From IMG/VR virus record IMGVR_UViG_3300042465_007464, positions 45,601 to 109,600 of that record: a DNA stretch of 64,000 nt; one strand, written 5' to 3'. Both the position numbers and the translations under genes were made by a program. Origin of the DNA: a virus. The notes under the pieces are model-generated. The model searched no databases. It was not told where the DNA came from and saw only the letters and a program-made list of their open reading frames with translations. Below are positions 1 to 9,894 of this stretch, in pieces. Positions within the stretch are counted from its first letter, which is position 1, and each line of letters starts with the position of its first letter.

Positions 1-604
1 CATCTTGCATTTCTTCTAATTCTTCTTCCTCTTCTTCTTCACGTAGAATTGATTCAATGATTTCGTCGATGTTGAAGTCTTCAGCTAATTCGTCATCCTT
101 AGGCATATCATAACCTTCAGTTGCCATGTCTTCTTCCATGTCTTCTTCTTCATTAAGATCGCCTTCTAATTCACGAATAATCGCTTCAAGATTCAAATCT
201 TCATTGTACTCGTCAGCCATTTCTTCATCTGATACAGGTGCTTCTTCTTCACCTTCCATTCCAGCTTCAGCTCCTGGCTCTTCTTGAGAAAATATGTCGA
301 ATTCATCAAATTCTCCGTCATTGTTAACGTCAATTGATAAATCACCAACATCTTCTCCAGCACCCATGTCGCCTTCCATTCCTGCATCCATACCTGCTTC
401 AGCACCCATGTCCATGTCATCCATAGCTGGTTCTTCTGCTGGCATTTCTTCGTCTTCTACTTCATTTGTTAACTGAGTTGCTAACATTCTTTCAAGACGA
501 GGAGCGAAAGCTTCTTGTAGTGCAATTTTTGCGTTTGCTAATGCTGTTTCTTTAACGGCACGTGCATCGGCGATTGCTTCTTTTAGCAAATCTGATTTTG
601 CCAT
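1..604 (-). CDS. Prohead core scaffolding protein (T4 gp22-like), runs off the left edge
   Basis: Manual translation from ATG at 604: MAKSDLLKEAIADARAVKETALANAKIALQEAFAPRLERML, then a very acidic E/D-rich region. AAGGAG lies 7 nt upstream. Located in the head gene cluster. Confidence 0.75.
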   Translation of the reverse strand, partial: MAKSDLLKEAIADARAVKETALANAKIALQEAFAPRLERMLATQLTNEVEDEEMPAEEPAMDDMDMGAEAGMDAGMEGDMGAGEDVGDLSIDVNNDGEFDEFDIFSQEEPGAEAGMEGEEEAPVSDEEMADEYNEDLNLEAIIRELEGDLNEEEDMEEDMATEGYDMPKDDELAEDFNIDEIIESILREEEEEEELEEMQD

Positions 605-744
605 AAGTTTTCTCCTTAAATTTGTTTTTTGGAAATAAGATTATTTGAAATCTTAATAGAATATTTTTATTTTATAGTGACGCTATAATAAGAGTGGAAA
701 TAGCGTATTCTACAATAAATATAAGCACGTTTAGAAAAACAGTA

Positions 745-776
745 AAAAAGTCCTAACTTTTTTTAGCTAGGACTTA
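745..776 (-). terminator. Intrinsic terminator after bS21
   Basis: Stem AGTCCTAGCT/AGTTAGGACT followed by a U-tract on the minus strand. Confidence 0.7.
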
Positions 777-794
777 AAATCGGTGTAAGTTGTT

Positions 795-1040
795 TTATTT
801 TGAGTGTTGATCTCGAACCATTTGCATGAATGCAGCTTTAATATTTTGCTGTCTGCGTTGCACACTAGGCTTAATGAATTCTCTGCGATCTTTTGTCGCT
901 TCAAGCACTCCGGCAGATTTTACTTTGCGTTTCCATGCTTTAAGTGCATGTGCTAAATCTTCTCGTTCTGTTCCTACAACTTGTACTGCTAATGCATTAC
1001 CCGGAACAATTTGTTGATGTTGTTTTTGTTTTTTATTCAT
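795..1040 (-). CDS. rpsU: Phage-encoded 30S ribosomal protein bS21
   Basis: ALKAWKRKVKSAGVLEATKDRREFIKPSVQRR matches the bS21 pattern (ALKRFKRK...R.F.KPS..RR). Confidence 0.9.
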   Translation of the reverse strand: MNKKQKQHQQIVPGNALAVQVVGTEREDLAHALKAWKRKVKSAGVLEATKDRREFIKPSVQRRQQNIKAAFMQMVRDQHSK

Positions 1041-1058
1041 ATAACTTGTTTAATAGTA

Positions 1059-1562
1059 TCAAATAGCTTCTGGTGCCGGTGCTTCTGGTTGTGGACGTTG
1101 TCCTCTTACATTGAAACGAAAATGTTTAATTTCTGGCACTTGTGCAACGTATCCTTGAATCTTTTGTGATTCGCGTCCTGGATCTTCTCCTAAACGAAAA
1201 TAGAAATATCCTACTTTACCTGATTTAGATATGTTTTGTTTAACTATAGTAAATCCTTTTCGTTCTGACCAATCTCGTATATCATTTGCAACGTTTTGTG
1301 CCATTGACGGATCTCGCAATACATATTCAACTCCTCCGCGATAATCTGCAATATGATTAACAAGTTGTGCTTCGTCTATTTCAGATTCATTAGCTGTTAT
1401 TCTAACATTACCACCGGCTTTCTTTGCAGCCACTTGTGCTGCAGTTAATGCATTTTTATCTTTTGCAACAGATGCCGCTATTTCAATATCGTTTGGATTT
1501 TGTTTAGTAGTTTGTTCTGTTATTCCGAAAAATTCTTTATATAATTTTTTTAGTGCATTCAT
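1059..1562 (-). CDS. Hypothetical virion/head-associated protein
   Basis: ORF; the likely start is ATG 1562 (AAGGT upstream, promoter directly upstream) rather than 1595. Confidence 0.6.
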   Translation of the reverse strand: MNALKKLYKEFFGITEQTTKQNPNDIEIAASVAKDKNALTAAQVAAKKAGGNVRITANESEIDEAQLVNHIADYRGGVEYVLRDPSMAQNVANDIRDWSERKGFTIVKQNISKSGKVGYFYFRLGEDPGRESQKIQGYVAQVPEIKHFRFNVRGQRPQPEAPAPEAI

Positions 1563-1604
1563 TTTATTACCTTTAATATAAATAAAAAGATTCAAACATC
1601 CAAA

Positions 1605-1976
1605 TTAATTAACATCGAAGTATTTGTTTAATCCTTGTGCGATATCTTCATATGCTGCACTTAAACGTTGTTGCAACATAGCCATTTCTTTTGCAGTTGC
1701 TTCAAATACTTTGTATGAATCGTTTAGATTTTTCATGTGACGTTTAACTGTTACACTATCAAACCAATCGCCTTTTTCCGTTGCAATTTGTTCTGCTTTG
1801 TTAATGATGTCACGTACATGATCGGTTAATTGATCTAAATCACCTTTTCCATATACCGAATCACTCATTTCAGAAAAACGTTTAACGCGTTCAACGAATG
1901 CAGCTTTTTCTTCTTTAGACAATGGTTTTGGTTGTTCGTCTAACAACGTTTCTAGTATGTATTTTAAATTTCTCAT
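1605..1976 (-). CDS. Hypothetical helical head-associated protein
   Basis: ORF directly downstream of the prohead protease; likely start MRNLKYILE. Confidence 0.6.
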   Translation of the reverse strand: MRNLKYILETLLDEQPKPLSKEEKAAFVERVKRFSEMSDSVYGKGDLDQLTDHVRDIINKAEQIATEKGDWFDSVTVKRHMKNLNDSYKVFEATAKEMAMLQQRLSAAYEDIAQGLNKYFDVN

Positions 1977-1978
1977 CT

Positions 1979-2611
1979 TTAAATTATTCTGCATTTACCG
2001 TCTTCGCATAAAATTGAAGTAATAAGTTCATTTACACGTGCGTATTTGTTTGTTTTAACTGTTTTATCTACTGACTCGTGCATGTGCGTAGGCCGCATAA
2101 AAGCCCCATGCGTTGAAGGATTTGATACAAAGTCCCAACATATCAATTCAAAGTCTTCTTGAACTTCAACCGTACCCTCACTGCGTAATTCTTTTACGGA
2201 ACCTAATCCACGGGATGAAATGCCTAATGTGATACCAGCTTTAAAAAGTTCTTTAAGAATTTTTCCTGACGGAGTTTCTAGTATTTGTACTGCTCCTTTT
2301 AAATCATCACCATCCCACCATATTTTTAGTACATTATGAGATACGTTGTTCAAGTTTACTACGGAAGATTCTGGATGATCCAATTCTCCTAGTGCACGAT
2401 GCTGTTGTATGAATTCTTGTTCATATCGTCTACATTCGCGTTCTAGTATGTTTCTTGGATAGATTCTACCATTTTGATTTTTTGCTCCCGCACGTTGTAA
2501 AACTCCTTGAACTACAAAACCACCAGGTATCCCATATGCAGCCCCACTCGATTCAGTAAGTGAACCAATCGGACGAAATGGCATATATTCTACTATTAGT
2601 TGTTTTGACAT
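1979..2611 (-). CDS. Prohead core protease (T4 gp21-like)
   Basis: NQNGRIYP, ALGELDHP, GISSRGLGS and DFVSNPST motifs. Confidence 0.93.
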   Translation of the reverse strand: MSKQLIVEYMPFRPIGSLTESSGAAYGIPGGFVVQGVLQRAGAKNQNGRIYPRNILERECRRYEQEFIQQHRALGELDHPESSVVNLNNVSHNVLKIWWDGDDLKGAVQILETPSGKILKELFKAGITLGISSRGLGSVKELRSEGTVEVQEDFELICWDFVSNPSTHGAFMRPTHMHESVDKTVKTNKYARVNELITSILCEDGKCRII

Positions 2612-2612
2612 A

Positions 2613-3350
2613 TTATTCTCCTAATGCTCTTACGCGTTCCGATATTTTGACTAATCGTTCTGATATTGTTGATAATGCTTTTTTAGTTCGTGCTCCATAT
2701 GAAGATGCAGCTACACCAGATTCTGTTTTTAATCTTGCGTTATGTTTTACTAGTTCATCAATTTCTTGAAGTTTTTTAGCAATTTCTTGAATGGTGCGAT
2801 TCACTTTTTTATCCGGCGATACGTCTTTATCTGCCGTTGCAAATGACCGATAACCTTCAATCAATTCCTCATATTTACGTTCCATAACATCTTCTACTTT
2901 CAAAGCAGATATTTGTTTGCGAACTCCATGTTGTGGTAAATTTCCTATGCGAGTTGTGTTGTCTTCAATATTGTTCGTACCTTCACCATCCGGATAATAT
3001 TTTACCGGAAACTCTTGATCCGATTGCCACCAATATGATGCATCTGGCGAAAAGGGAAACTTATCATTGAAAATTTCTTCATCTGACTCAGGCGCTTGAT
3101 GTCCCGTTGTTTTCCAATCAAATGTCGGTTTAACATTTATAGATTCGTAACGTGCTTCTTTACCTCGCCATTTTCCTGGTTTAGCAAATGCAGCCGGCGT
3201 ATTGAATCCAGCAATGGCACCCGTTACATTTTGTTCGTCAATTTCTTCTTCATCGCAAACACACTTATCCATAGGACGATCACATGCATCGCAATATGAA
3301 TCTTCTATTTCATGGAATCGTTCTTTCATTTCACGTAATATTGACTTCAT
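2613..3350 (-). CDS. Hypothetical head-associated protein
   Basis: 245-aa ORF coupled to the protease gene. Confidence 0.6.
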   Translation of the reverse strand: MKSILREMKERFHEIEDSYCDACDRPMDKCVCDEEEIDEQNVTGAIAGFNTPAAFAKPGKWRGKEARYESINVKPTFDWKTTGHQAPESDEEIFNDKFPFSPDASYWWQSDQEFPVKYYPDGEGTNNIEDNTTRIGNLPQHGVRKQISALKVEDVMERKYEELIEGYRSFATADKDVSPDKKVNRTIQEIAKKLQEIDELVKHNARLKTESGVAASSYGARTKKALSTISERLVKISERVRALGE

Positions 3351-4198
3351 TACTTCAACTCTTTCAATTCGCGAACTAAATCAAAGTAACGTAGTAAATT
3401 TAATACGTGCGATTCTTTGATAGTTTTCATAGATTCTACATTGCATAACATTTCCGACAATTTAGTTACTTTGATTTGTGTAGCAGGATCAGTTATAGTT
3501 TTTGCTTGTGTGGCTAAATCTTTTTTGATTTGTGGTATTATAGTTTCAATGTATTCACGCAATGCAGTTGTATCATTAACGTGAGTAATGTATTTATTTA
3601 ATAGACGTTTTTGTGATTCATCTAATACTGAATATTTTTCATTGAATTTATCAACAATAATTTTATATGTTAATAAACGTATTTCTTTGGGTTGTGATTC
3701 AAATGATTCTAATACCGGGTCTTTTTTCGGTGTAGCACGCTCCGTTACAATGCCATGGTCTATAATTACATTTTTACATTCCATTAATTGTTTTGGATTT
3801 GCTGATTCAGCATATTCAAACAACATGTTGATTGATGCTAATACTTTGTAATTAGTAATATGCATCTTTGCCATATCTGTAAAAACGAATTTTTCAGAAA
3901 TCTCTTTTACTAGATTGTATCTTTGACGTTTCAGTACGCTTTGATTTAATTTATCATACGCAGATTTAACCGTACGTATGTAATCTAATGCTTGTGCTTC
4001 GCTTCGGAATTGTTCTTTAACTAATGCGTTATAGAGTTGCAATTCTTTTGATAACTCTGTATTTCGTCCAAAATATTTTTTGATTATATCTATTGTAACA
4101 GATTTGTTTGACGACAACGTTTCTGAAGTTAATTTGCGTACCAACATTTCAAATAGAATGCCGGTATTTTTATACTTCGAGTGTTTCAATTTCTTCAT
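3350..4198 (-). CDS. Hypothetical protein (head cluster)
   Basis: 282-aa ORF, MKKLKHSKYKNTGILFE N-terminus, between portal and protease. Confidence 0.65.
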   Translation of the reverse strand: MKKLKHSKYKNTGILFEMLVRKLTSETLSSNKSVTIDIIKKYFGRNTELSKELQLYNALVKEQFRSEAQALDYIRTVKSAYDKLNQSVLKRQRYNLVKEISEKFVFTDMAKMHITNYKVLASINMLFEYAESANPKQLMECKNVIIDHGIVTERATPKKDPVLESFESQPKEIRLLTYKIIVDKFNEKYSVLDESQKRLLNKYITHVNDTTALREYIETIIPQIKKDLATQAKTITDPATQIKVTKLSEMLCNVESMKTIKESHVLNLLRYFDLVRELKELK

Positions 4199-4240
4199 GT
4201 TCTGTACAGTGCCTTGTCTTTAATAATAAATATGTTTTAA

Positions 4241-6082
4241 TTACAAAATATTGTTTTCATCTAAAATAGTACCAGCGTCTTTATCAGATTCCGTTGGTAT
4301 TGCTGTTTTTAAAGATTCTGTTATTATGGATGCACCTTTATTTTTTATTTTTAAATGTTTCAATATGTTGTTATGTTCTACGGCAACTGTTGCGTTGTTT
4401 TTAAACTTCGGATCTGGCTGAAATGCTGTTTTTTGATTTTCTGGATTAAATGTTTGCTTAATAGTTTTAATACCCGTTGGATCCCATCCAAATTCATTTT
4501 GATGTTGTCCTGATTTAATTCCTTCTGGTGGACGGCCTCCTAAATCTTTTTCTTCAACGTCATCGCTGGACATGTGCATTGATGCTAAATCATGAGGTGT
4601 TCCAAATGAAACTCCCGTTATAGCAGGATCATTTCCTTCTTGTTCAATCTGATTTTGACGGAAACGAAGTTTAAGATCTTCAATAACATCAACACGTTCT
4701 TGAAGCCATTGTTCTTCGGACATATTGAATATAAACTCATAAATGTAACGATCTGAAACAAGTTTTAAATCTTTCATTGTATTTGCTAATTGAACTTTTT
4801 CATTCATTAAAGCAACTTTTTGTTGATCGTATATAATTGATGGTGCTGTTAATTCTAGTTCAAATCCAATTAAATCTTCGCCTTCAAATCCTTGTGAATA
4901 TAAATGCACTATTCCAATTTTAATAAGTTCCGATGTTACGATTTTTTGAATACGTTCGATAGTTCTGGCAAAACGAATATCCATGGATGCTAACGTAGTT
5001 TTACCTTCAACTGACTCGCTATATCCTAAAAATGGTTTAGGAATTTTAAGTGCAGCCATCATTTTATCTTTTACATATTCAATATCATCCATTCCGGTAA
5101 ATGTCATACCTGGTAATGTATCAATTGTAGTAGAAGACTGACCCCCGCGTACTGGCAAATAATAATCTTCTAACATGTTGTTAAGATTGAATCTCATGTT
5201 GTAATTTCCAGTTTGCGGATCGATGTGTGGAATTTTTTTCATTTTATTGATAATCTGTTCCATGAAATTATCAACTTCATTTGGTGGAATATTACCAATA
5301 TCAATTTTAAAGATTCGTTTTTCTGGTGCACGCATTATACGATGAATAAGCATTGCATCTTCTAACATCATTAATTTTTGAAATTCTTTACGTGCTCCTT
5401 CTAACATAGATCTACCGTACGGTAAAAAGTTTGAATCCGACAACATACGGAAATGTGCTATTTCAAACACATCATATGTCATTTGTTCTGACGCAATATT
5501 TTTAAATTTAATATCATATTCACCCGTCGCTTCATTATATTCTTCCCAACGTTCCATTTCATAACTAGAAAATGGACGTGCATTAACTACTCCGTAAGTG
5601 TCTGCGATATCTAATTTCAAAAAGAAATCACCGTATTTGGTCATGTTGCGTATCCACGTCCACAAATTGAATTCAATGTTCAATACATCATAAAACAAGT
5701 TATAAAGTATTTTTTGAATTTGCGTGTTATTAGTTTTGATTGTAAGTATATCTCCGAATTGATCTGCTAATGTAGATTCATCTGAATAAATATCTAAGGC
5801 AGAAGATATGATTGGATCTTTATCCATCATTTCGTAGTCAGCATATAACTGCATACGATTTTGGTGCATATAATAATTAGAATCATATCCACCCATACCA
5901 CCGACACGGTGTTTGTTTGCACCATGCAGTCGAGTATATCGATCTGCAATTTTACTTTGTGCTAAATTACCAGAACCTTGTAGACGATTTGTATCTACTA
6001 CACGTACCTGATCTTTCCCATATGCCCGAACAATTACGTTGGTGCTAAATAGGTTCTGTAAACGTTTTCTTAATGACGCCAT
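4241..6082 (-). CDS. Portal protein (T4 gp20-like)
   Basis: EDAMLIHRIMRAPEKRIFKIDIGN, LEDYYLPVRGG and IDTLPG motifs. Confidence 0.93.
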   Translation of the reverse strand: MASLRKRLQNLFSTNVIVRAYGKDQVRVVDTNRLQGSGNLAQSKIADRYTRLHGANKHRVGGMGGYDSNYYMHQNRMQLYADYEMMDKDPIISSALDIYSDESTLADQFGDILTIKTNNTQIQKILYNLFYDVLNIEFNLWTWIRNMTKYGDFFLKLDIADTYGVVNARPFSSYEMERWEEYNEATGEYDIKFKNIASEQMTYDVFEIAHFRMLSDSNFLPYGRSMLEGARKEFQKLMMLEDAMLIHRIMRAPEKRIFKIDIGNIPPNEVDNFMEQIINKMKKIPHIDPQTGNYNMRFNLNNMLEDYYLPVRGGQSSTTIDTLPGMTFTGMDDIEYVKDKMMAALKIPKPFLGYSESVEGKTTLASMDIRFARTIERIQKIVTSELIKIGIVHLYSQGFEGEDLIGFELELTAPSIIYDQQKVALMNEKVQLANTMKDLKLVSDRYIYEFIFNMSEEQWLQERVDVIEDLKLRFRQNQIEQEGNDPAITGVSFGTPHDLASMHMSSDDVEEKDLGGRPPEGIKSGQHQNEFGWDPTGIKTIKQTFNPENQKTAFQPDPKFKNNATVAVEHNNILKHLKIKNKGASIITESLKTAIPTESDKDAGTILDENNIL

Positions 6083-6124
6083 ATTTCTTTTTTAATATAA
6101 ATATAACTATGTTAAGATCAGTGG

Positions 6125-7705
6125 TTATTTTATCAACCAAGTTAATGATTCATCGCCTGACCCAGGATTCCAATTCCATCCATTGTCGCTGTTATTACGA
6201 TTGCCAGTATAAATAACTGGACTCGTTTTTTGAAAAGAAGATAGTGCACGTTTATTCAAATCAATACCTTGTTGACGTAATTTTAGTGCAGTATCGCGTA
6301 ACCATAATCCGATACAAAATGACATTACTAAGTCATCGTTATATCCTTGTTGTGCTTGTGCTTTACCATTAAGCCAAACAAACACTAGTAATTCTTGTAT
6401 TAAACGTCGGCTACGAATAAACGGAGTACGATCTCGCATATACATTTCAAGTGCCGATATCATTAATGGACGTGTACGTGTTGTGGTTGATACTCCCGGA
6501 ACCATTTGGCTCTTATCTTTCATATCATAACCTTTTTTCAATTGTACATCGGCATCTGTATATCCGTCATCTTTATATGTATAATGTAAGTTTTGATAGT
6601 TTCTATCAAGTGCCGGCTGAATTGCGGCCCAACCAATGTTTGCATTTTCAATAGCTAATAACGCATTGTTCCATTCCGTTGCAACCGTTACTAACATGTT
6701 TCCAAATTCATTGGGTGGAATCTTTCCTTTAAATTCTGCTACTTGTCGTACCGTTTCAACTTCTAAAACATGAAATGCAGACCAGTCACCACCATCACCC
6801 CGTGCGACGTCAGCTACTACCATGTAATCACGTGCATAGTCCGGATATTCCCAAATCCAATACGCTCCATCAAATCCACGCTTTTCAATTGGTTCTTCAC
6901 ATTTACCTTCATATTCTAAAAGCAAAGGACCATCTACTACAGTATGTCCCGATGATACGAAGTCACAGTCACATTCTTGTGCCGCACCGCGTTCGCCTAA
7001 TAACGATGTTTGTTCATTACGCCACGTTTGGTCGCGTTCTGGGTGCACATCCCAACGCAAACGAATTGTATGGAAACCGTTAATGTCCGCTTCCGCGTCT
7101 GCCCAAGTTTGGTGAAACCAGTTACCAACACCGTTCGGCGTAGATAATACAATAGCACCACCACCCGTTGATAGGGTTGCTTGCGACGCTATCCATATTT
7201 CTTCAATGTTTCGAATAAATGCAGCCTCATCAATGATTAGCAGAGACAACGCTTCTGAACGTGCTCCTGTGGTTGCTGATGAAACGGCTTTGATTTGCGA
7301 ACCATTTTTAAATTTAAGTGATAATTTGTTATCAGCTTCAACCGTACCTTTCAACCAACTTGGCAAGTTATCGTGCATCACCCGTACTTTCGTTACTAGG
7401 TTTTTTGCTACTTCTTGTGTGGTTGCAATAACTAACACGTTGAAATCTTCTTTGAACAACATGCACCAAAGTGCAAAGCCGGCAGATAGAGTTGATATAC
7501 CTAACTGCCGAGACTTTAATATTACATTGTATCGATTATCGCGAAGCTGTGTTAATGAATCTTCTTGGAATGGAAACAAATTAAATTTGATCTTACCACG
7601 TTTAGGATGTTGTATGTAACAATAATTACGCATAAAAAATACAGGATCTTTAGCACATTGCATGTACTGTTGTTGTATTATCTGCTTAATATTTTGTTGT
7701 GCCAT
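6125..7705 (-). CDS. Terminase large subunit (T4 gp17-like)
   Basis: KSRQLGIST Walker A, IIDEAAF Walker B, STPNG, and nuclease motifs DVARGDG and NDDLVM. Confidence 0.95.
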   Translation of the reverse strand: MAQQNIKQIIQQQYMQCAKDPVFFMRNYCYIQHPKRGKIKFNLFPFQEDSLTQLRDNRYNVILKSRQLGISTLSAGFALWCMLFKEDFNVLVIATTQEVAKNLVTKVRVMHDNLPSWLKGTVEADNKLSLKFKNGSQIKAVSSATTGARSEALSLLIIDEAAFIRNIEEIWIASQATLSTGGGAIVLSTPNGVGNWFHQTWADAEADINGFHTIRLRWDVHPERDQTWRNEQTSLLGERGAAQECDCDFVSSGHTVVDGPLLLEYEGKCEEPIEKRGFDGAYWIWEYPDYARDYMVVADVARGDGGDWSAFHVLEVETVRQVAEFKGKIPPNEFGNMLVTVATEWNNALLAIENANIGWAAIQPALDRNYQNLHYTYKDDGYTDADVQLKKGYDMKDKSQMVPGVSTTTRTRPLMISALEMYMRDRTPFIRSRRLIQELLVFVWLNGKAQAQQGYNDDLVMSFCIGLWLRDTALKLRQQGIDLNKRALSSFQKTSPVIYTGNRNNSDNGWNWNPGSGDESLTWLIK

Positions 7706-7707
7706 AC

Positions 7708-8082
7708 TTACTTTACAATTGTTGCAACAAATTTACCTGTTACTACTGCAGTAATGATACCTCCAGTAAACCAAATCATTTTATTGTCATACCAACGTGG
7801 TTTAAGATATTTTTCACGTTCGATGTACAATTCAACGTTTTCTTTTAACAGTTCAATTTGTTTTGATTTATATGCTAACTGCACTGAATCAATTTGTATT
7901 AGTTGTTTTTGAGATTCAATAACTCGTTCATGTTGATATATAATTTCATTGTTCAAAGAATCTAACGCGTATAACGAATCTAAGGTAAATGAAATATCAA
8001 CAATTTCTTCTTGAGTAAAACAAGTGTCAACTTGTCCGTAACTAAAAAATGGAAATAACAATATGATAAATAAACGTTTCAT
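7708..8082 (-). CDS. Exported coiled-coil protein with C-terminal TM (spanin-like candidate)
   Basis: Signal peptide, coiled coil, C-terminal hydrophobic helix. Confidence 0.45.
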   Translation of the reverse strand: MKRLFIILLFPFFSYGQVDTCFTQEEIVDISFTLDSLYALDSLNNEIIYQHERVIESQKQLIQIDSVQLAYKSKQIELLKENVELYIEREKYLKPRWYDNKMIWFTGGIITAVVTGKFVATIVK

Positions 8083-8084
8083 GA

Positions 8085-8441
8085 TTATTTTTTAGTTTTA
8101 GTATTTTTGTTATTTGGTTTACGACCTTTTTTAGTTTTGTTCAAAATATTTGCTTTCGCATCTACAACATCACGAACTTCAACTACTAAATTGTCTTTTG
8201 CTTCTTTAAGATCTTGTACTGCAGTTACTGCATCCGTAATTTGATCGTTAATTGCTTCTCGTTTTTGTTCCATAACTTCAACAGCTTCTTCAATTTTATC
8301 AATTGTGTCGTTGTTGTTTTTGATTTTATCGTTTAATTCTGATTGTTTTTTACTTTTGTTAGAATTAACTAGGTATAAAACTCCAGCAATTGCCGCAAAT
8401 ATACCTACTACTGCTGCTACGATTTTCTTAATTATTTTCAT
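8085..8441 (-). CDS. N-terminal TM coiled-coil protein (i-spanin-like candidate)
   Basis: N-terminal hydrophobic helix followed by a coiled coil. Confidence 0.45.
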   Translation of the reverse strand: MKIIKKIVAAVVGIFAAIAGVLYLVNSNKSKKQSELNDKIKNNNDTIDKIEEAVEVMEQKREAINDQITDAVTAVQDLKEAKDNLVVEVRDVVDAKANILNKTKKGRKPNNKNTKTKK

Positions 8442-9075
8442 CTGTTTCCTTGTCTAAATTGTTTAAAAAATCTTGTTTAAATTTATCAAATTGTTTTTGT
8501 ATTGTTTCATCAAATTCTTCAGCAGTCATTCGAGCCGTCCATGCTTCTTGTTGACCTTCTGAATTAGTTACGAAATTTGATGCTTCGGTATATACTTGTT
8601 TTAACATTGCTACATCGCGTTCTGCAGCTGCTAACCAAGCAAGTTTATTTTCACGAATCTTAGATTGTTCGTATTCTTCAAATTTACCTTCTTTTTTCAA
8701 TTCATGTTCCATTTCAATTGTGCAATCAAAACACATTCCATGAATCTTACGCATTTTTTGGTCCAACTGATGCGTTCCAATGCAAGTGCATGTTTCTTTG
8801 CGACAATTTGGAAATGCGCGAATTTCTTCTCGTATAGATTGAAGTGCGTCGCTGGCTTTGGTTTTCTTAACTCGAAATCCATCACGTTGTTCATAAATGT
8901 AAGTGATGCCGGTACTAGAATCCGTCTCTTCCCATGTGTCACCTACTTCATGCCGTTCGTTGCGTTTTGCAACTTGTTCTGCATCAGAGAACCCAACTGT
9001 TTTTTTAGTTTGGAACTTGTGTGTGCCATCCAACATTTGTTGAATCGCTTTGGTGTTTTGTAACTTTTTTGACAT
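8428..9075 (-). CDS. Hypothetical protein with Cys cluster
   Basis: 215 aa; PNC..TCTC...HGMCFDC. Confidence 0.6.
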   Translation of the reverse strand: MSKKLQNTKAIQQMLDGTHKFQTKKTVGFSDAEQVAKRNERHEVGDTWEETDSSTGITYIYEQRDGFRVKKTKASDALQSIREEIRAFPNCRKETCTCIGTHQLDQKMRKIHGMCFDCTIEMEHELKKEGKFEEYEQSKIRENKLAWLAAAERDVAMLKQVYTEASNFVTNSEGQQEAWTARMTAEEFDETIQKQFDKFKQDFLNNLDKETDENN

Positions 9076-9091
9076 ATAACTTATTTATTAA

Positions 9092-9862
9092 TTATTCAAC
9101 TTCATTGCTTACATTTGCTAATGCAGCCAAGTTTTGAATTATTTTTTTACGTAATAATACATAAAACGTTTTCGCATCTTTTGGATCTACTTCTTTAGTT
9201 AATTTATCAGCTACATTCATTAATGCAGTAACTTGTTTAACCGTTCCGTCAGATTTTAAACTATCAATGAATTTTTGAGTATTGATTGCTTCTTGTTCTG
9301 CAGGTTCTATTTCAGGTGCTGGAGCTGGAGCAGCTGGTGCTTCTGGTGCAGGTGCGGCAGTTGCATCTGGAGCAGGAGCTGCCATTGGATCCGCAGGAAC
9401 TTCTTCTGCCGACGGTTCTTCAATTGGCTCTTCTGCAGGTACGGCTTGTTCTGCTAACACACGTGCAATTTTTCTACGTACATATTCACGTATCACTCGT
9501 TCTTTTTGTTCACGAGTTAGATTTTCAATTTTATCTTTCAATACGTCTTCAACGCTTTTTTCTTCATCGTCTTGACGTTTCTTAAGACGTTTTGCTGCAG
9601 TTTTAGGATCGTAATCTGCATCTTCTAAATCTTTGTATAAACGATCGTCTGCTTCATATTTCGGAATCATTTTTCCGTCATCTTGCATCTCTTTGTCAGT
9701 TTTACGAAGAACGTTAAGTTGTTTGTCTTTTGTAGAATTCGGATTCATTCCTCCATCTTTATCATCTGTAGTATAATCTTTAATGTCTTTGCGAGGTTTT
9801 GGTTTTTGTGATTTTTCCAAATCCTTTGGTGCTTTGTATTTGCTTTTGTGTTTGTCAGCCAT
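9092..9862 (-). CDS. Hypothetical acidic Pro/Ala-rich protein (likely head internal)
   Basis: 256 aa; APAP linker; late-type motif upstream. Confidence 0.55.
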   Translation of the reverse strand: MADKHKSKYKAPKDLEKSQKPKPRKDIKDYTTDDKDGGMNPNSTKDKQLNVLRKTDKEMQDDGKMIPKYEADDRLYKDLEDADYDPKTAAKRLKKRQDDEEKSVEDVLKDKIENLTREQKERVIREYVRRKIARVLAEQAVPAEEPIEEPSAEEVPADPMAAPAPDATAAPAPEAPAAPAPAPEIEPAEQEAINTQKFIDSLKSDGTVKQVTALMNVADKLTKEVDPKDAKTFYVLLRKKIIQNLAALANVSNEVE

Positions 9863-9894
9863 TGATAAAATCCTATATTTTATATAAATATCAG

